Shown piece by piece: positions 18,474 through 27,811 of a stretch of DNA of 64,000 nt (within the stretch, counting starts at the first letter, position 1; each line of letters starts with the position of its first letter). A model generated the notes under the pieces. The model made no database searches and was not told the DNA's origin. It was given only the letters and a program-made list of their open reading frames with translations. The translations under genes were made by a program, and so were the position numbers. Source of the stretch: Polyangiales bacterium. GTDB taxonomy: Bacteria > Myxococcota_A > Polyangia > Polyangiales > Ga0077539. The DNA lies in NCBI GenBank assembly GCA_044229975.1, contig JBGARZ010000011.1, forward strand, positions 1 through 64,000, written 5' to 3'.

Positions 18474-18629
18474 CCGTGACCTCCTGCGGTCAGTGCGTCG
18501 CACGACACCCATCGCGTGCGCAAGGCCATCGTCGGACAGGCGGTGTCCAACCATGGGAGCGACCGCTCGGCCGGCCTACGCTCGCTGGCCATGGGCGCAC
18601 CGCCTTCGACGTGGCGACGGGCCTGCCGC

Positions 18630-18856
18630 GCTGGAGCCGCACCCCAACACCGCCTCCGTGTCCCTCGCGCTGGCCCCGCACCCCGACGGGCTCGGCGACG
18701 GCCACGTCGTCCACGACGACCCCGCATCGGGCGTCGAGCTCGCGCTGGAAGGCCCACCACGCCCCGGTGCAACACCTCGCCGAGGCGCTCGCCGCCGGGG
18801 CCGAGCGGCGGGAGTTCGAGACGGTGGCGCCGAAGAAGAAACCGAAGAAGAAGTAG
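18630..18856 (+). pseudogene. Frameshifted 3' gene remnant (ends ...VAPKKKPKKK)
   Basis: Coding-like bias switches frame near 18755; no convincing start. Confidence 0.3.
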
Positions 18857-18893
18857 GCAGTGGGCCGACCGCGCGCCCCCAAGGAACACTCCC

Positions 18894-20825
18894 CTGACGC
18901 AACCCCTCACACCGCCCCCGAACGTCGAGTGCTGGGCGGGCTATGAGCTCGACCTGCGACGCACTCACGGCACGCGCAACCACCGCCTCGCCGGCTCGTC
19001 CAACGTCCTCGGGTGGAGCCGCGACGGGTCGCACCTGCACGTCCTCCAGACCACGCGCCCCGGTCACTGGCGTCACCTGGATGGGGCCTCCGGGCTGCTG
19101 AGCGACGTGCTCGGGAGCATCGACCGCGAGGTCCGTCGCGGGGTGCGGGCGGGGCCTTCGCGGGTGGTGATCTTCTCTGCCCACGCCGAGCGCGAGAGGG
19201 AGTTCGCGGTCGGGGTGTGGGACCTGGACACCGGGCTCTTCCTGCACGCGCTCGACACCGGGCCCGAGATGTCCGGCCGCATCGCCACCTCCCGGGACGG
19301 CCGCGTGGCGATCGTGCAGACGCGGAGGCAGGTGACGGTCTTCCAGGTCGCCACCGGCGAACGTGGAGCGACCGTCGACGGAAGCGGCGTCTACGCGCTC
19401 GCAGACGACGGGTCGCGCTTCCTGGCCGGGGTCGGCGAGACGGAGGTCGGGTCGGTGCGCGTCTACGGCCTCGACGGCACCCTCGAACGGGAGCTGTCAC
19501 CCGTTGGCGCGACGATTCGCGACGCGCTGTTCACCCACGACGGGGGCGGCGTCATCGCCGGTCTCAGCGACGGAACGCTGGTGTGCTGGGACCTCGCGTC
19601 GGGCTCCGTGCGCTGGCGTGTCGCGGTGCACAAGGGCGACGTGACCGACATGACGAGGGCGCACGACGACGACACCGTCTACTCGACCGGCCTCGACGGG
19701 CGGTTGCGCGCCACGGCGCCCGGCGGGCGCGCGCGGTGGAGCGCGTTTCTGCACCGGCCCCGATCGGCGGAGCAGTGGTACGGCGCGTCGGCGGACACGA
19801 TCTTCCTGTCACCCGACGGGAGCGCCATCGCCGTGTACGACCGACACACGCGGGTCTGCGTCTTCGAGGTGTCGTCGGGCCGCGAGCGCACCACCTTCGA
19901 CGGGCACGACGGCGACGTGCGTTGCCTCGCGTTTTCCCCCGACGGGCGCTTGCTCGCGAGCGGCGCGGAGGACGGCGACGTGCGGGTCTGCGAGGTCGCG
20001 ACGGGCGCCACGACGTGGGTCTTCGAGGTCGACGAGGAGGGGGTGACGTCGATGGAGTTCGTTCCTGATCGACCGGCGCTGCGCACCGTCGGACGAGACG
20101 GGGTGGTGCGAAGCTGGAGCCTCACCAGCGGGATGGAGCTGGAGGCCCACACCGAGGGCGCCGCCACGATCACGGAGACCCACGGCTCGCGCGACGGCTC
20201 GCTCGTCTTGTTGCTCGCCGGACACCGCCTGGCGCTGTGGAACCTGGAGCGCTCGCCGCGCGAGGTGTGGAGCAAGGACCAGTGGCCGCAGCGGGTGATG
20301 GCCATGGCGTTTGCGGCCGACGGCGAGCACGCCCTCGTCGGCCGCGCGGGACAGGGGAGCGAGCGGGCCAACGAGAGCCGACTGGACGTGCTGGTCCTGG
20401 CGAACGGCAAGCGCCGATCGGCTTCGCGACCCCTGCGCGGGCCGCTGCTGGACCTGTGCGAGACCGACGCGGGGCCGGTCTCGGTCGCGATCGACGGCGA
20501 CGACCTGATCGTCACCGAGGAGTGGGGCGACCGCCGGGAGCGGCGCTGTCCGAAGGGCGCCCGCAAGGCGAGTCGGGTCTGCGTGTCGGCCGACGGACGG
20601 CTGCTGCTCGTCGCGACCTGGCACTACGTCGACCTGTGGCACCTGGCGGTCCCCGGCTGGCTCGCGCGCGTCGACCTGGGCCCGAGCGAGGAGTGGGTCA
20701 CGAGCGTGGCGATCGCGCCCTTCACCGACGCCCTCGCCATCGGGACCAACACCGGCCGGGTGCACGTGTACGAAGGCCGGGAGCTCGAAGCGAGCTCTCC
20801 GTTGAGCGAACACGAATCGGGGTGA
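18894..20825 (+). CDS. WD40/PQQ-type beta-propeller protein; start uncertain
   Basis: GHDGDVRCLAFSPDGRLLASGAEDGDVRV and several degenerate WD repeats. Confidence 0.8.
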   Translation: MTQPLTPPPNVECWAGYELDLRRTHGTRNHRLAGSSNVLGWSRDGSHLHVLQTTRPGHWRHLDGASGLLSDVLGSIDREVRRGVRAGPSRVVIFSAHAEREREFAVGVWDLDTGLFLHALDTGPEMSGRIATSRDGRVAIVQTRRQVTVFQVATGERGATVDGSGVYALADDGSRFLAGVGETEVGSVRVYGLDGTLERELSPVGATIRDALFTHDGGGVIAGLSDGTLVCWDLASGSVRWRVAVHKGDVTDMTRAHDDDTVYSTGLDGRLRATAPGGRARWSAFLHRPRSAEQWYGASADTIFLSPDGSAIAVYDRHTRVCVFEVSSGRERTTFDGHDGDVRCLAFSPDGRLLASGAEDGDVRVCEVATGATTWVFEVDEEGVTSMEFVPDRPALRTVGRDGVVRSWSLTSGMELEAHTEGAATITETHGSRDGSLVLLLAGHRLALWNLERSPREVWSKDQWPQRVMAMAFAADGEHALVGRAGQGSERANESRLDVLVLANGKRRSASRPLRGPLLDLCETDAGPVSVAIDGDDLIVTEEWGDRRERRCPKGARKASRVCVSADGRLLLVATWHYVDLWHLAVPGWLARVDLGPSEEWVTSVAIAPFTDALAIGTNTGRVHVYEGRELEASSPLSEHESG

Positions 20826-20890
20826 TGGCCGTGCACAGAACGGCGCGGGCGCACCGCTCCCCTTGATGGAAGTCGATTGGATATCGGCAA

Positions 20891-20965
20891 TGGCGCCCCC
20901 ACCGGGAATTGAACCCGGGTTCTCCGCGTGACAAGCGGGTATCCGTTCCACTGGATCATGAGGGC
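20891..20965 (-). tRNA. tRNA-Asp(GTC)
   Basis: GCCCTCA...CCCGC-TTGTCAC-GCGGA...CCGGG-TTCAATT-CCCGG-TGGGGGC-G-CCA; full cloverleaf, CCA encoded. Confidence 0.92.
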
Positions 20966-20974
20966 GATCGAGAG

Positions 20975-21048
20975 CGTTCTCGGGAGGACTCGAACCTCCA
21001 ATGACCGGCTTCGTAGACCGGGGGTCTATCCAATTGACCAACGAGAAC
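20975..21048 (-). tRNA. tRNA-Arg(ACG)
   Basis: GTTCTCG/CGAGAAC acceptor; CCGGT-CTACGAA-GCCGG; GGAGG-TTCGAGT-CCTCC. Confidence 0.9.
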
Positions 21049-21066
21049 AACGGACGAAGGCAAAGG

Positions 21067-21139
21067 CGTCCCCAGGGGGGTTCGAACCCCCGTGTCCTGG
21101 CTGAGAACCAGGCATCCTGGGCCACTAGATGATGGGGAC
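21067..21139 (-). tRNA. tRNA-Glu(CTC)
   Basis: GTCCCCA/TGGGGAC acceptor; CCTGG-TTCTCAG-CCAGG; Glu-type D arm. Confidence 0.92.
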
Positions 21140-21165
21140 GTGTCGCATCAGCTCGCGCTGATCGG

Positions 21166-21238
21166 CACCACCGGAGGGACTCGAACCCTCATCAACCGGA
21201 ACGAAACTCCGGTGTCCTGGCCGTTAGACGACGGTGGC
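21166..21238 (-). tRNA. tRNA-Glu(TTC) with atypical anticodon loop
   Basis: GCCACCG/CGGTGGT acceptor; Glu-type D arm; CCGGA-GTTTCGT-TCCGG (G32, G37, T38). Confidence 0.82.
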
Positions 21239-21280
21239 GGTTCCGGCTCTCGCCGGGGGCGCTCCGTGTCGTCTGTCGCG

Positions 21281-21385
21281 TTACCGCTGAGAAACGACCG
21301 GAGCGCAGGTATCCGAAGAACGACGGCGCATACGTTCGCGCTCTCGCTCTCGGTCATTCATCTGCGATCGGTCGTTGGTGTTCAT
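21281..21385 (-). CDS. Putative 34-aa leader peptide MNTNDRSQMNDRERERERMRRRSSDTCAPVVSQR
   Basis: Lies between the promoter and the first tRNA; D/R/E codon run matches the array anticodons; stop sits in hairpin 21259-21306; no SD. Confidence 0.55.
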   Translation of the reverse strand: MNTNDRSQMNDRERERERMRRRSSDTCAPVVSQR

Positions 21386-21403
21386 GGCGGTAGCTTCGCG
21401 CCG

Positions 21404-21468
21404 AACATACTCCACTCCCCAATGCGGTCAAGAGACCATCGACATTTTTATTCGATGTCCTCAATCGG
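21404..21468 (-). promoter_or_regulatory. Sigma70-like promoter with conserved upstream box (tRNA array)
   Basis: TTGACC (21431-21426), 16 nt, TATGTT (21409-21404); upstream box shared with 9531-9560; includes a CATCGA-n9-TCGATG dyad. Confidence 0.75.
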
Positions 21469-21490
21469 GTAGTGGCACCTGCGGTGCGCG

Positions 21491-22156
21491 TCAGTACACC
21501 CCGAACAGGTACCGGAAGGTTCCCACCGGCTCGAACTCGATGCCCCCGGTGAGCTGCCACGCGACGGTGCTGGTCGCGTCGACGGTGGCGCCCACCCACA
21601 GCCGCGCGCCGGTCATGTACCGCACCGGGGCGCGGGGCTCTGGCTCGCGCGTGGTCTCGCTCGACCACTCTCGCAGCGAGAAGGGCGCGCGGTACCCGTA
21701 CGCGACCGTGAGCGTCGCGACGGGGGCGGAGCGCGCGTCGGGCACCGGGTGCTCGCGCCAGGCCCAGCCGAAGCCCGCGCGCACCGACAGCACCCCCTCG
21801 CCCGCGTAGTAGAACATCCGCAGCGGGCGCGGCGCGGCGCCGACGAAGAGCTCGACGCCGCCGACGACCTGGGCGCTCGCGAAGGTGGACGTCGCGGCCT
21901 CGACGAAGGGCCCGAGGCGCAGGTCGTCGTCGCGCCCGATGGGGGCGGTGACGTCGCCGCCGAGGCGCAGGTCGAAGACGGGTGTCGTGGTGTCAGCCGC
22001 GGTGAAGGCGCCGCCGCCGAGGGACAGCCACGGGGACACTTCGAGCAGCGGGCGCTCGCGCGGATAGCGCGGCGGAGGCGGAGGCGGCTGGTGGGCCGCG
22101 GCGACGGAGGGGAGCGCAACGAGCGACGCCAGGAGACAGGCAGTGGGCGATCGCAT
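21491..22156 (-). CDS. Secreted/outer-membrane beta-strand-rich hypothetical protein
   Basis: Signal peptide, Pro linker, amphipathic strands, aromatic C-terminus. Confidence 0.65.
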   Translation of the reverse strand: MRSPTACLLASLVALPSVAAAHQPPPPPPRYPRERPLLEVSPWLSLGGGAFTAADTTTPVFDLRLGGDVTAPIGRDDDLRLGPFVEAATSTFASAQVVGGVELFVGAAPRPLRMFYYAGEGVLSVRAGFGWAWREHPVPDARSAPVATLTVAYGYRAPFSLREWSSETTREPEPRAPVRYMTGARLWVGATVDATSTVAWQLTGGIEFEPVGTFRYLFGVY

Positions 22157-22205
22157 ACGGGCGCCAAGGGTACACGCGCGGTGGCGACGGGGCGACGCCG
22201 CGTGG

Positions 22206-22295
22206 GAGCGGCGCGGGGAGTTCGCGCCGGGGTGCCCGTACGCCTACCTCACCGACCCGGACGGGTACCGCATCGAGGTGTGGTTCGCGCCGTAG
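22206..22295 (+). pseudogene. 3' remnant of a VOC/glyoxalase gene
   Basis: Reads ERRGEFAPGCPYAYLTDPDGYRIEVWFAP*, with the DPDGxxxE motif; no room for the 5' part. Confidence 0.65.
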
Positions 22296-22305
22296 GCCAG
22301 GTCGC

Positions 22306-25300
22306 TCACGGCGCGATGGCGATGCCCAGTCGGTGCCTGAGCCGGAAGTACTCCTCGCTCACGGCATACAGCCGCAGCTCGCGCAGGCGGTCGGCCTGCG
22401 GAACCGCCGCCTGCTCGTCCGGCGTGGCCTTCACCACCGCGAGGGACACCGCCAGGTCGTTGGCCAGCAGGAAGCCCGCGCGGTCGGCCGTGAGGTCGAT
22501 GGCGAGCGTCCAGCGCTTCAGGTCGAGCGACGCCTCGTTGGCGATGAGCCGGGTCACCAGCGACGCGAGCTGGTCCATCGCGCCCGCCGGGAGGTTGGCC
22601 TTGATGGCAGCGAGGTTGTCGTTGACCGGGCCCATGAGCTCGACGCCCACCGGGAAGGTCGGCTGCACCGCGCGAATCGCCGCGAAGAGCCACGCCCGCA
22701 GGCCCGTCCCCGTCGCCACGATCTGCCGCACGAAGTGCCCCGCCCGGAAGTACGACAGCCGCACCCCCGCGAGGAACGCCAGCGCCTTCGTCGGCCCGCC
22801 CGCCAGCGCCGTCGCGCCGAGGTAGAGCCCCGGGTCCTGCGTCAGCACGAAGTTGAGCCCCGAGTCGTCCGACGGCAGCGTGTACACGGGCGGCGTCTTG
22901 AGCCCCAGCACGCCCGCCGCGTAGTGGAGCGTCTGCGCCATCTGCCCGTCGTCCTTCGCCGGGTCGATGAGCGCCTTGTCCGAGAGCTTGTACTCGGACA
23001 GGGCCACGCCGCGCACCTTCAGCACCGCCGGGAGAATCGTCGCGAACACCCCCGTCAGCAGCGGGTCGAGCGACGGGTGCGCGAGGTCGGCCCGCCAACG
23101 CTCGTCGTTGAGCTTCTCCTGCGCCGCGGCCGGCCGGTCCGTCCGGAACTTCTTGTAGAAGCTCTCCTCCTCCGGCTCGGCGCCCTTCACGCTCACCAGC
23201 GCCTGGCACATGCACCACGCCTCGTCGGGCTTACGGGCCTCCGTAAACGCCCGCCGCAGCGCGTGCATCGACTCCACCCGCAGCGGGTTCTTCGCCAGCA
23301 GCGCCCGGTGCGTCACCACCGCGCGGTCGAAGAAGCGCTTGGTGTCCGTCAGGTACAGCTCCGCCAGCCGCTCGCCGTGGTCCTGCTCCGACGGCGCCAG
23401 CTCCTGCGCGCGCTCGTAGGCCGTCACCGCCTCCGCAGGCTGCTTCAGCTCCTTCTCGTAGAGGGCGCCCAGCAGCGCGAAGAGCTTCGCCTTCGCCGAC
23501 GCGTTGCCACCCTCGCCGAGGCGCCCGATGACGCGCCGGTAGCTCTGCTCCAGGCCGGCCCAGTCCTTCTTGGCGCCGCGCAGGCCCGCGAGACCTTCGA
23601 GCGCCGCCGTGTGCGACGGGTCGTGCTCAAGCGCCTGCTCGTAGTAGTCGATGGCCTCCTCCGGGCGATCGAGGTGGATCTCGCAGAGCTGCGCCGCCGT
23701 CGCGTAGTAGCGGGCGAGCTGCGCCTTGTCGTCCACCAGGTCGGCGAACTTCAGGATGATCTCGACGAGGCGGCTCCAGTCCTTCTCGTCGGAGTAGAGC
23801 TGCATCAGCTTCATCAGGATGCGCCGCTCGGACGGCCGAACCTCCAGCGCCGCCACGTACGCGCGCGCCGCCTTCGCCTTGTCCCCGAGCCGCGTCGCCA
23901 GCAGCTCGCCGAGCTCCATGTTGAGCGCGAAGCGCTGCGCCTCACCGTCCGCCAGCTCCAGCAGCCGACGCTTGGCCCGCACCACCTCGTCCCAACGACC
24001 CTCGGCCGCGTGCAGCGTCGCGAGAAGCTCCACCGTGCGCACGGAGGTCGGCGCCAGGTCGGCCGCCTCGTTGAGCGACGCGATGGCCGCCACGTTGTCG
24101 CCCCCCCGCCGCGTCGCGTCCGCGAACTCGTACAGGGCACCCGCGCGCACGTCGGCGTCGAGGTCCTTGCCGTGCGCCTTGAGGAGCGCGTCGTAGCGGG
24201 TCTTCGCCTCGTCCCACGCCTCGGCCGCGTACGTCGCCTTCGCCACGGCCAGCAGCGCGTCGCGATCGTCCGGCGCCACCTCCGCCGCCGCGCGGAACGC
24301 CTCCAGCGCCTTCGCCGAATCGCCCGACTTCGCCAGGGACTCGCCGTACTTCAGCGCGAGCGAGAGACCCTCGTCGCGACCGAGATCCTTCGCGCGGCCC
24401 GCGCGACCCGCGAGGTGCTTCGCCGCCTCGGCCCAGGCGCCCGCGTCGTAGTGCAGCTCGCCCAGCATCACCGCCGCGTCCTCGTTGGTCGCGTCGAGCA
24501 GCACGGACTTCTCCGCGGCGTTCATGGCCTTGGCCGGGTCCTTCACGCGCTCGCGGTAGATGCGCGCCACCTGCGCCCACAGAGCAGCCCGCTGGTTGCT
24601 CCCCTCGGCCGCCTCGATCTCGCGCTGGAGCAGCTCGATGGCGCCCTGCGAGTCACCGCGCGCCGCGTACAGCTCACGCAGCCGAGCCGTTGCAGATGCG
24701 CTGTCGGGGTCGACGTCGAGGGCCTGCTTGTAGCGATCGATGGCTCCGTCGCGGTCGCCCTTGTCCTCGAGCAGCTTGGCCGCCTTGAGGAAGACCTCGA
24801 CCTTCTCCGCCGGGGTCTTCGCCGCCGCCGCCAGCTTGTCGTAGGCCTCGGTCGCCGCGCGAACGTCGCCCTGCAAGCCCGCCACGCGGGCGTTGAGCTC
24901 CAGCGCCGTCGCGTTGGTCGGTTCGATCTCCAGGGCGCGCTCGAAGCACTTGCCCGCGCGCTCCACGCTCCCGATAGGGTCGAGGAACAACCGCCCCGCG
25001 CTCACCAGCAGCTCCACCTTCTTGGTGTTGTCGTCGACCAGCGTGGCGTGGCGGTCGAGCAGCGTCGCGAGCTCCTCCCACCGGACGAGCACGCGGTACA
25101 AGCGACCGAGGCCGCGCAGCGCGACGTCGTTGGCCGCGTCGATGGCGAGCGCCGACTCGAAGGCCGTCGCCGCCCGCGCGTGGTCGACGAACTCCTCCTC
25201 CACCAACGCCCCGATGCGGTTGTGCAGCTCCACCTTCTGGCGCGGCGTCGCGACGGCGTCGACCTGCGCCTCCAGCACCTTGAGCAACCCCTCGGTCTTG

Positions 25301-27618
25301 CCCTCCCGCGCATACAAGCGCTCCAGGCCCTTCAGCGCCGCCATGTTGCGCGCGTCGGCCGTGAGCGCCTTCTCGAACCACTCGGCCGCCTTCGACACGT
25401 CGCTCAGCCGGTCTTCGTAGACCTCCGCGATCTCGCAGTACGACTCGGCCCGCTTCTCCCCGGTCTGTGCCTCGGCCTTGTGTTCGAGCAGCTTCGCCAC
25501 GCCCGCCCAGTCCTCGGCGCGCAGCAGCACGCGCTCCAGCACCCGCGACGCCGTGTCGTGCGCCGGGTCTTCGGCCACGATCTTCTCCACCAGCTCGCGG
25601 CTCTTGGTGCGCTCGTCGAGCTTCGAGTCGAGCAGGTCGGCCGCGTCGGCGCGGAGGTCCCTCGCCTTGGCCGCCGAGGTCTGCGCGTCGGCCCGCTTCA
25701 GGAGCGTCCCGACCAGCTCGGGCCACTGCTGCGCCTTGCGGTAGATCGCCGCTGCGCCTTCGAGCGCCTCGTCGCTCCCGGGGTTCGCCGCGATCGCCTG
25801 GTTGAAGCACGCCAGCGCGTAGTCCGAGCGCTTCACGCGCTCCAGGTACCAGCGCCCCGCACGCAGGTAGAGGGCCACGCGCTCGGCCGGCTCGCGGTCC
25901 TTGGCGGCCTCGGAGACCTGCGCGGTGACCTCGTTCCACTTCGCGGTGTCGTCGCCGACGAGGCGCGTGATCTCCGCCGCCAGGTCGTCGTCCGCGGGCG
26001 ACGCGCTCACGGCCTCCGTGAAGGCGACGAGGGCGTTTTCGCTGTCGGCCAGCTCGCGCTCGTAGTGCCGACCGAGCTCCGCCCAGAGCCGCGCCTTCTC
26101 GGTCGCCAGCTCTTCGGCCTCGATGTCTTCGAGGTAGATCTCCGCCCGCTCCTCGGCCGTCGCCGTCGTGCGCCGGATCTCCTTCGCCCGCGCCGCGGCC
26201 AGCTCGTCGCCGCCCTCCATCGCCGCGATGGCCTCGTACGCAGCCTTCGCCGCGGGCAGATCCTTCAGCTCCGCTTCGAGCACCCGCGCCGCGCGGAACC
26301 GCAGCGCCTTCTTCGCGCTCGCGTCCTCGGCGCCATCGGCGACCTCCTGCAGGGCAGTCACCAGCTCGGCCCAGCTCACGCCGTTGCCGCCCGCCGCCTC
26401 CAGCGCGAGGGCCTTCTCGTCGTCCGCCGGGGCCGCCGCGAGGGCCGCCTTGCGCGCCGTGAAATCGTCCTTGCTCACCGCGTCGCCGCGCCGCGCCTTG
26501 GACGCCTCGAAGAGCGCCGACAAGAACGCTCCCGCGCTCGCGAACCGCTCTTCGGGATTCTTCGCGAGGGCCTTGAGCACCACCGCGTCGACTTCCTTGG
26601 CGACCCAGCCGCGCGGGGCGACCTTGCTCGGCGCTTCGGCCTCCTGCGTGATGTGCGCGACCACGAGGTCGGCGAGCGACGTCGCCGCGAACGGGGCCTT
26701 GCCGGTGAGCACCTCGTAGGTGAGCGCGCCGAGGCCATAGACATCCGAGCGCGCGTCGGCCGCGGTGCCGAAGCGGGCGCGCTCGGGGGCGAGGGCCTTC
26801 GCGCCGCCGAGCAGCACGAGGAAGCTGGCGGCATCCTGCGCGCCGTGGCGGGCGGAGCCGAGGCGGTCGATGCCGAAGTCCACGAGCACGGCGCCGAGGC
26901 CGCCTTCGCGGCGCACGAGGACGACGTGGTCGGTGCGGAGGTCACCGTGGGCGAGGCCCGCGGCGTGGACGGCGTCGAGGCCGTCGGCGATGGCCTGGAG
27001 CACGCCGCGCGCCTCGTTGATGTGCATGGCGCCGGCGCGAGCGATGCGGGCCGAGAGGAGCTGGCCGTCGATGTGGTCGGCGGCGACGTAGGGGCGCCCG
27101 TCGGGGAGCACGCCCGCGGCGACGATGTGCTGCACGGCGGCGTTGTCGATGCGCTTCAGCGCGCGCTGCGCGAGGAGGAAGCGGTGGAGCGCGCGGCGGT
27201 CGCGGGCGCGGCCCTCGCGGAGCACCTTGAGGGTGACCTGCTTCCCGTCGGGGGCGTTGGCGAGATAGACCGTTCCGAAGCCTTCGTCGTGGGTCTTCTT
27301 GAGGACCTTGAAGCCCTCGATGGTCTGACCGACCGAGAGGTCGTCGGCGGCGCGACCCTCGTAGACGGGGCGGAGGCGGGTCTCGGCGGCGCGGTCGGAG
27401 AGGACGATGGCGTCGGCGAGGGCCTCGTGGAGGTCGTCGCGCAGGCTGCGCTCGGCGAGGGCGCGCGCAAACGCGGGCCGGCTGGTCTCGGTGGAGACGT
27501 CGTCGGGGTTGAGCCCGAGTAGGTCGCGCGAGAGCCCTTGGAGGGCGTCGAGGTCATAGAGGCGCTCCAGCTCGACGCGGAGGATCTCGACGGGGCCGAT
27601 GGTTGCCGCGGTTGCCAT
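22306..27618 (-). CDS. Giant protein: degenerate Ser/Thr kinase domain, extended TPR solenoid and conserved myxobacterial C-terminal domain
   Basis: GFGTVY, VTLKVL, HGDL, DFG, APE, SDVYGLG; many TPR-like repeats; C-terminal TADRAGFLLANDL. Confidence 0.88.
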   Translation of the reverse strand: MATAATIGPVEILRVELERLYDLDALQGLSRDLLGLNPDDVSTETSRPAFARALAERSLRDDLHEALADAIVLSDRAAETRLRPVYEGRAADDLSVGQTIEGFKVLKKTHDEGFGTVYLANAPDGKQVTLKVLREGRARDRRALHRFLLAQRALKRIDNAAVQHIVAAGVLPDGRPYVAADHIDGQLLSARIARAGAMHINEARGVLQAIADGLDAVHAAGLAHGDLRTDHVVLVRREGGLGAVLVDFGIDRLGSARHGAQDAASFLVLLGGAKALAPERARFGTAADARSDVYGLGALTYEVLTGKAPFAATSLADLVVAHITQEAEAPSKVAPRGWVAKEVDAVVLKALAKNPEERFASAGAFLSALFEASKARRGDAVSKDDFTARKAALAAAPADDEKALALEAAGGNGVSWAELVTALQEVADGAEDASAKKALRFRAARVLEAELKDLPAAKAAYEAIAAMEGGDELAAARAKEIRRTTATAEERAEIYLEDIEAEELATEKARLWAELGRHYERELADSENALVAFTEAVSASPADDDLAAEITRLVGDDTAKWNEVTAQVSEAAKDREPAERVALYLRAGRWYLERVKRSDYALACFNQAIAANPGSDEALEGAAAIYRKAQQWPELVGTLLKRADAQTSAAKARDLRADAADLLDSKLDERTKSRELVEKIVAEDPAHDTASRVLERVLLRAEDWAGVAKLLEHKAEAQTGEKRAESYCEIAEVYEDRLSDVSKAAEWFEKALTADARNMAALKGLERLYAREGKTEGLLKVLEAQVDAVATPRQKVELHNRIGALVEEEFVDHARAATAFESALAIDAANDVALRGLGRLYRVLVRWEELATLLDRHATLVDDNTKKVELLVSAGRLFLDPIGSVERAGKCFERALEIEPTNATALELNARVAGLQGDVRAATEAYDKLAAAAKTPAEKVEVFLKAAKLLEDKGDRDGAIDRYKQALDVDPDSASATARLRELYAARGDSQGAIELLQREIEAAEGSNQRAALWAQVARIYRERVKDPAKAMNAAEKSVLLDATNEDAAVMLGELHYDAGAWAEAAKHLAGRAGRAKDLGRDEGLSLALKYGESLAKSGDSAKALEAFRAAAEVAPDDRDALLAVAKATYAAEAWDEAKTRYDALLKAHGKDLDADVRAGALYEFADATRRGGDNVAAIASLNEAADLAPTSVRTVELLATLHAAEGRWDEVVRAKRRLLELADGEAQRFALNMELGELLATRLGDKAKAARAYVAALEVRPSERRILMKLMQLYSDEKDWSRLVEIILKFADLVDDKAQLARYYATAAQLCEIHLDRPEEAIDYYEQALEHDPSHTAALEGLAGLRGAKKDWAGLEQSYRRVIGRLGEGGNASAKAKLFALLGALYEKELKQPAEAVTAYERAQELAPSEQDHGERLAELYLTDTKRFFDRAVVTHRALLAKNPLRVESMHALRRAFTEARKPDEAWCMCQALVSVKGAEPEEESFYKKFRTDRPAAAQEKLNDERWRADLAHPSLDPLLTGVFATILPAVLKVRGVALSEYKLSDKALIDPAKDDGQMAQTLHYAAGVLGLKTPPVYTLPSDDSGLNFVLTQDPGLYLGATALAGGPTKALAFLAGVRLSYFRAGHFVRQIVATGTGLRAWLFAAIRAVQPTFPVGVELMGPVNDNLAAIKANLPAGAMDQLASLVTRLIANEASLDLKRWTLAIDLTADRAGFLLANDLAVSLAVVKATPDEQAAVPQADRLRELRLYAVSEEYFRLRHRLGIAIAP

Positions 27619-27811
27619 GACGGGTACGGTGCTCCTAACGCCCGGCGGGTACGGTCGGAGAGACCGAAGAACGCCCGTCGAGCCGCTGATCGGGCGCGGA
27701 TACTACACAACCCGCCGGGGGAAACACCCGGATCTGGCGAGGGGAGCGCCACCGAAAGAGCGGGAGTGCCGCGGAGACGAGGTCGCGGCGGTGGTCGCGA
27801 CGGGGAGCGTC

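Noticed and set aside
20825..21500. Prophage or island attachment site at the tRNA array
   Set aside because: No integrase, phage genes or duplicated tRNA 3' end noticed in the window.
22333..27522. 1729-aa plus-strand ORF (and similar long shadows such as 574-2775, 10707-12530 and 41381-43186)
   Set aside because: Antisense or alternate-frame shadows of real genes, expected in GC-rich DNA; Arg/Ala-rich with no motifs.
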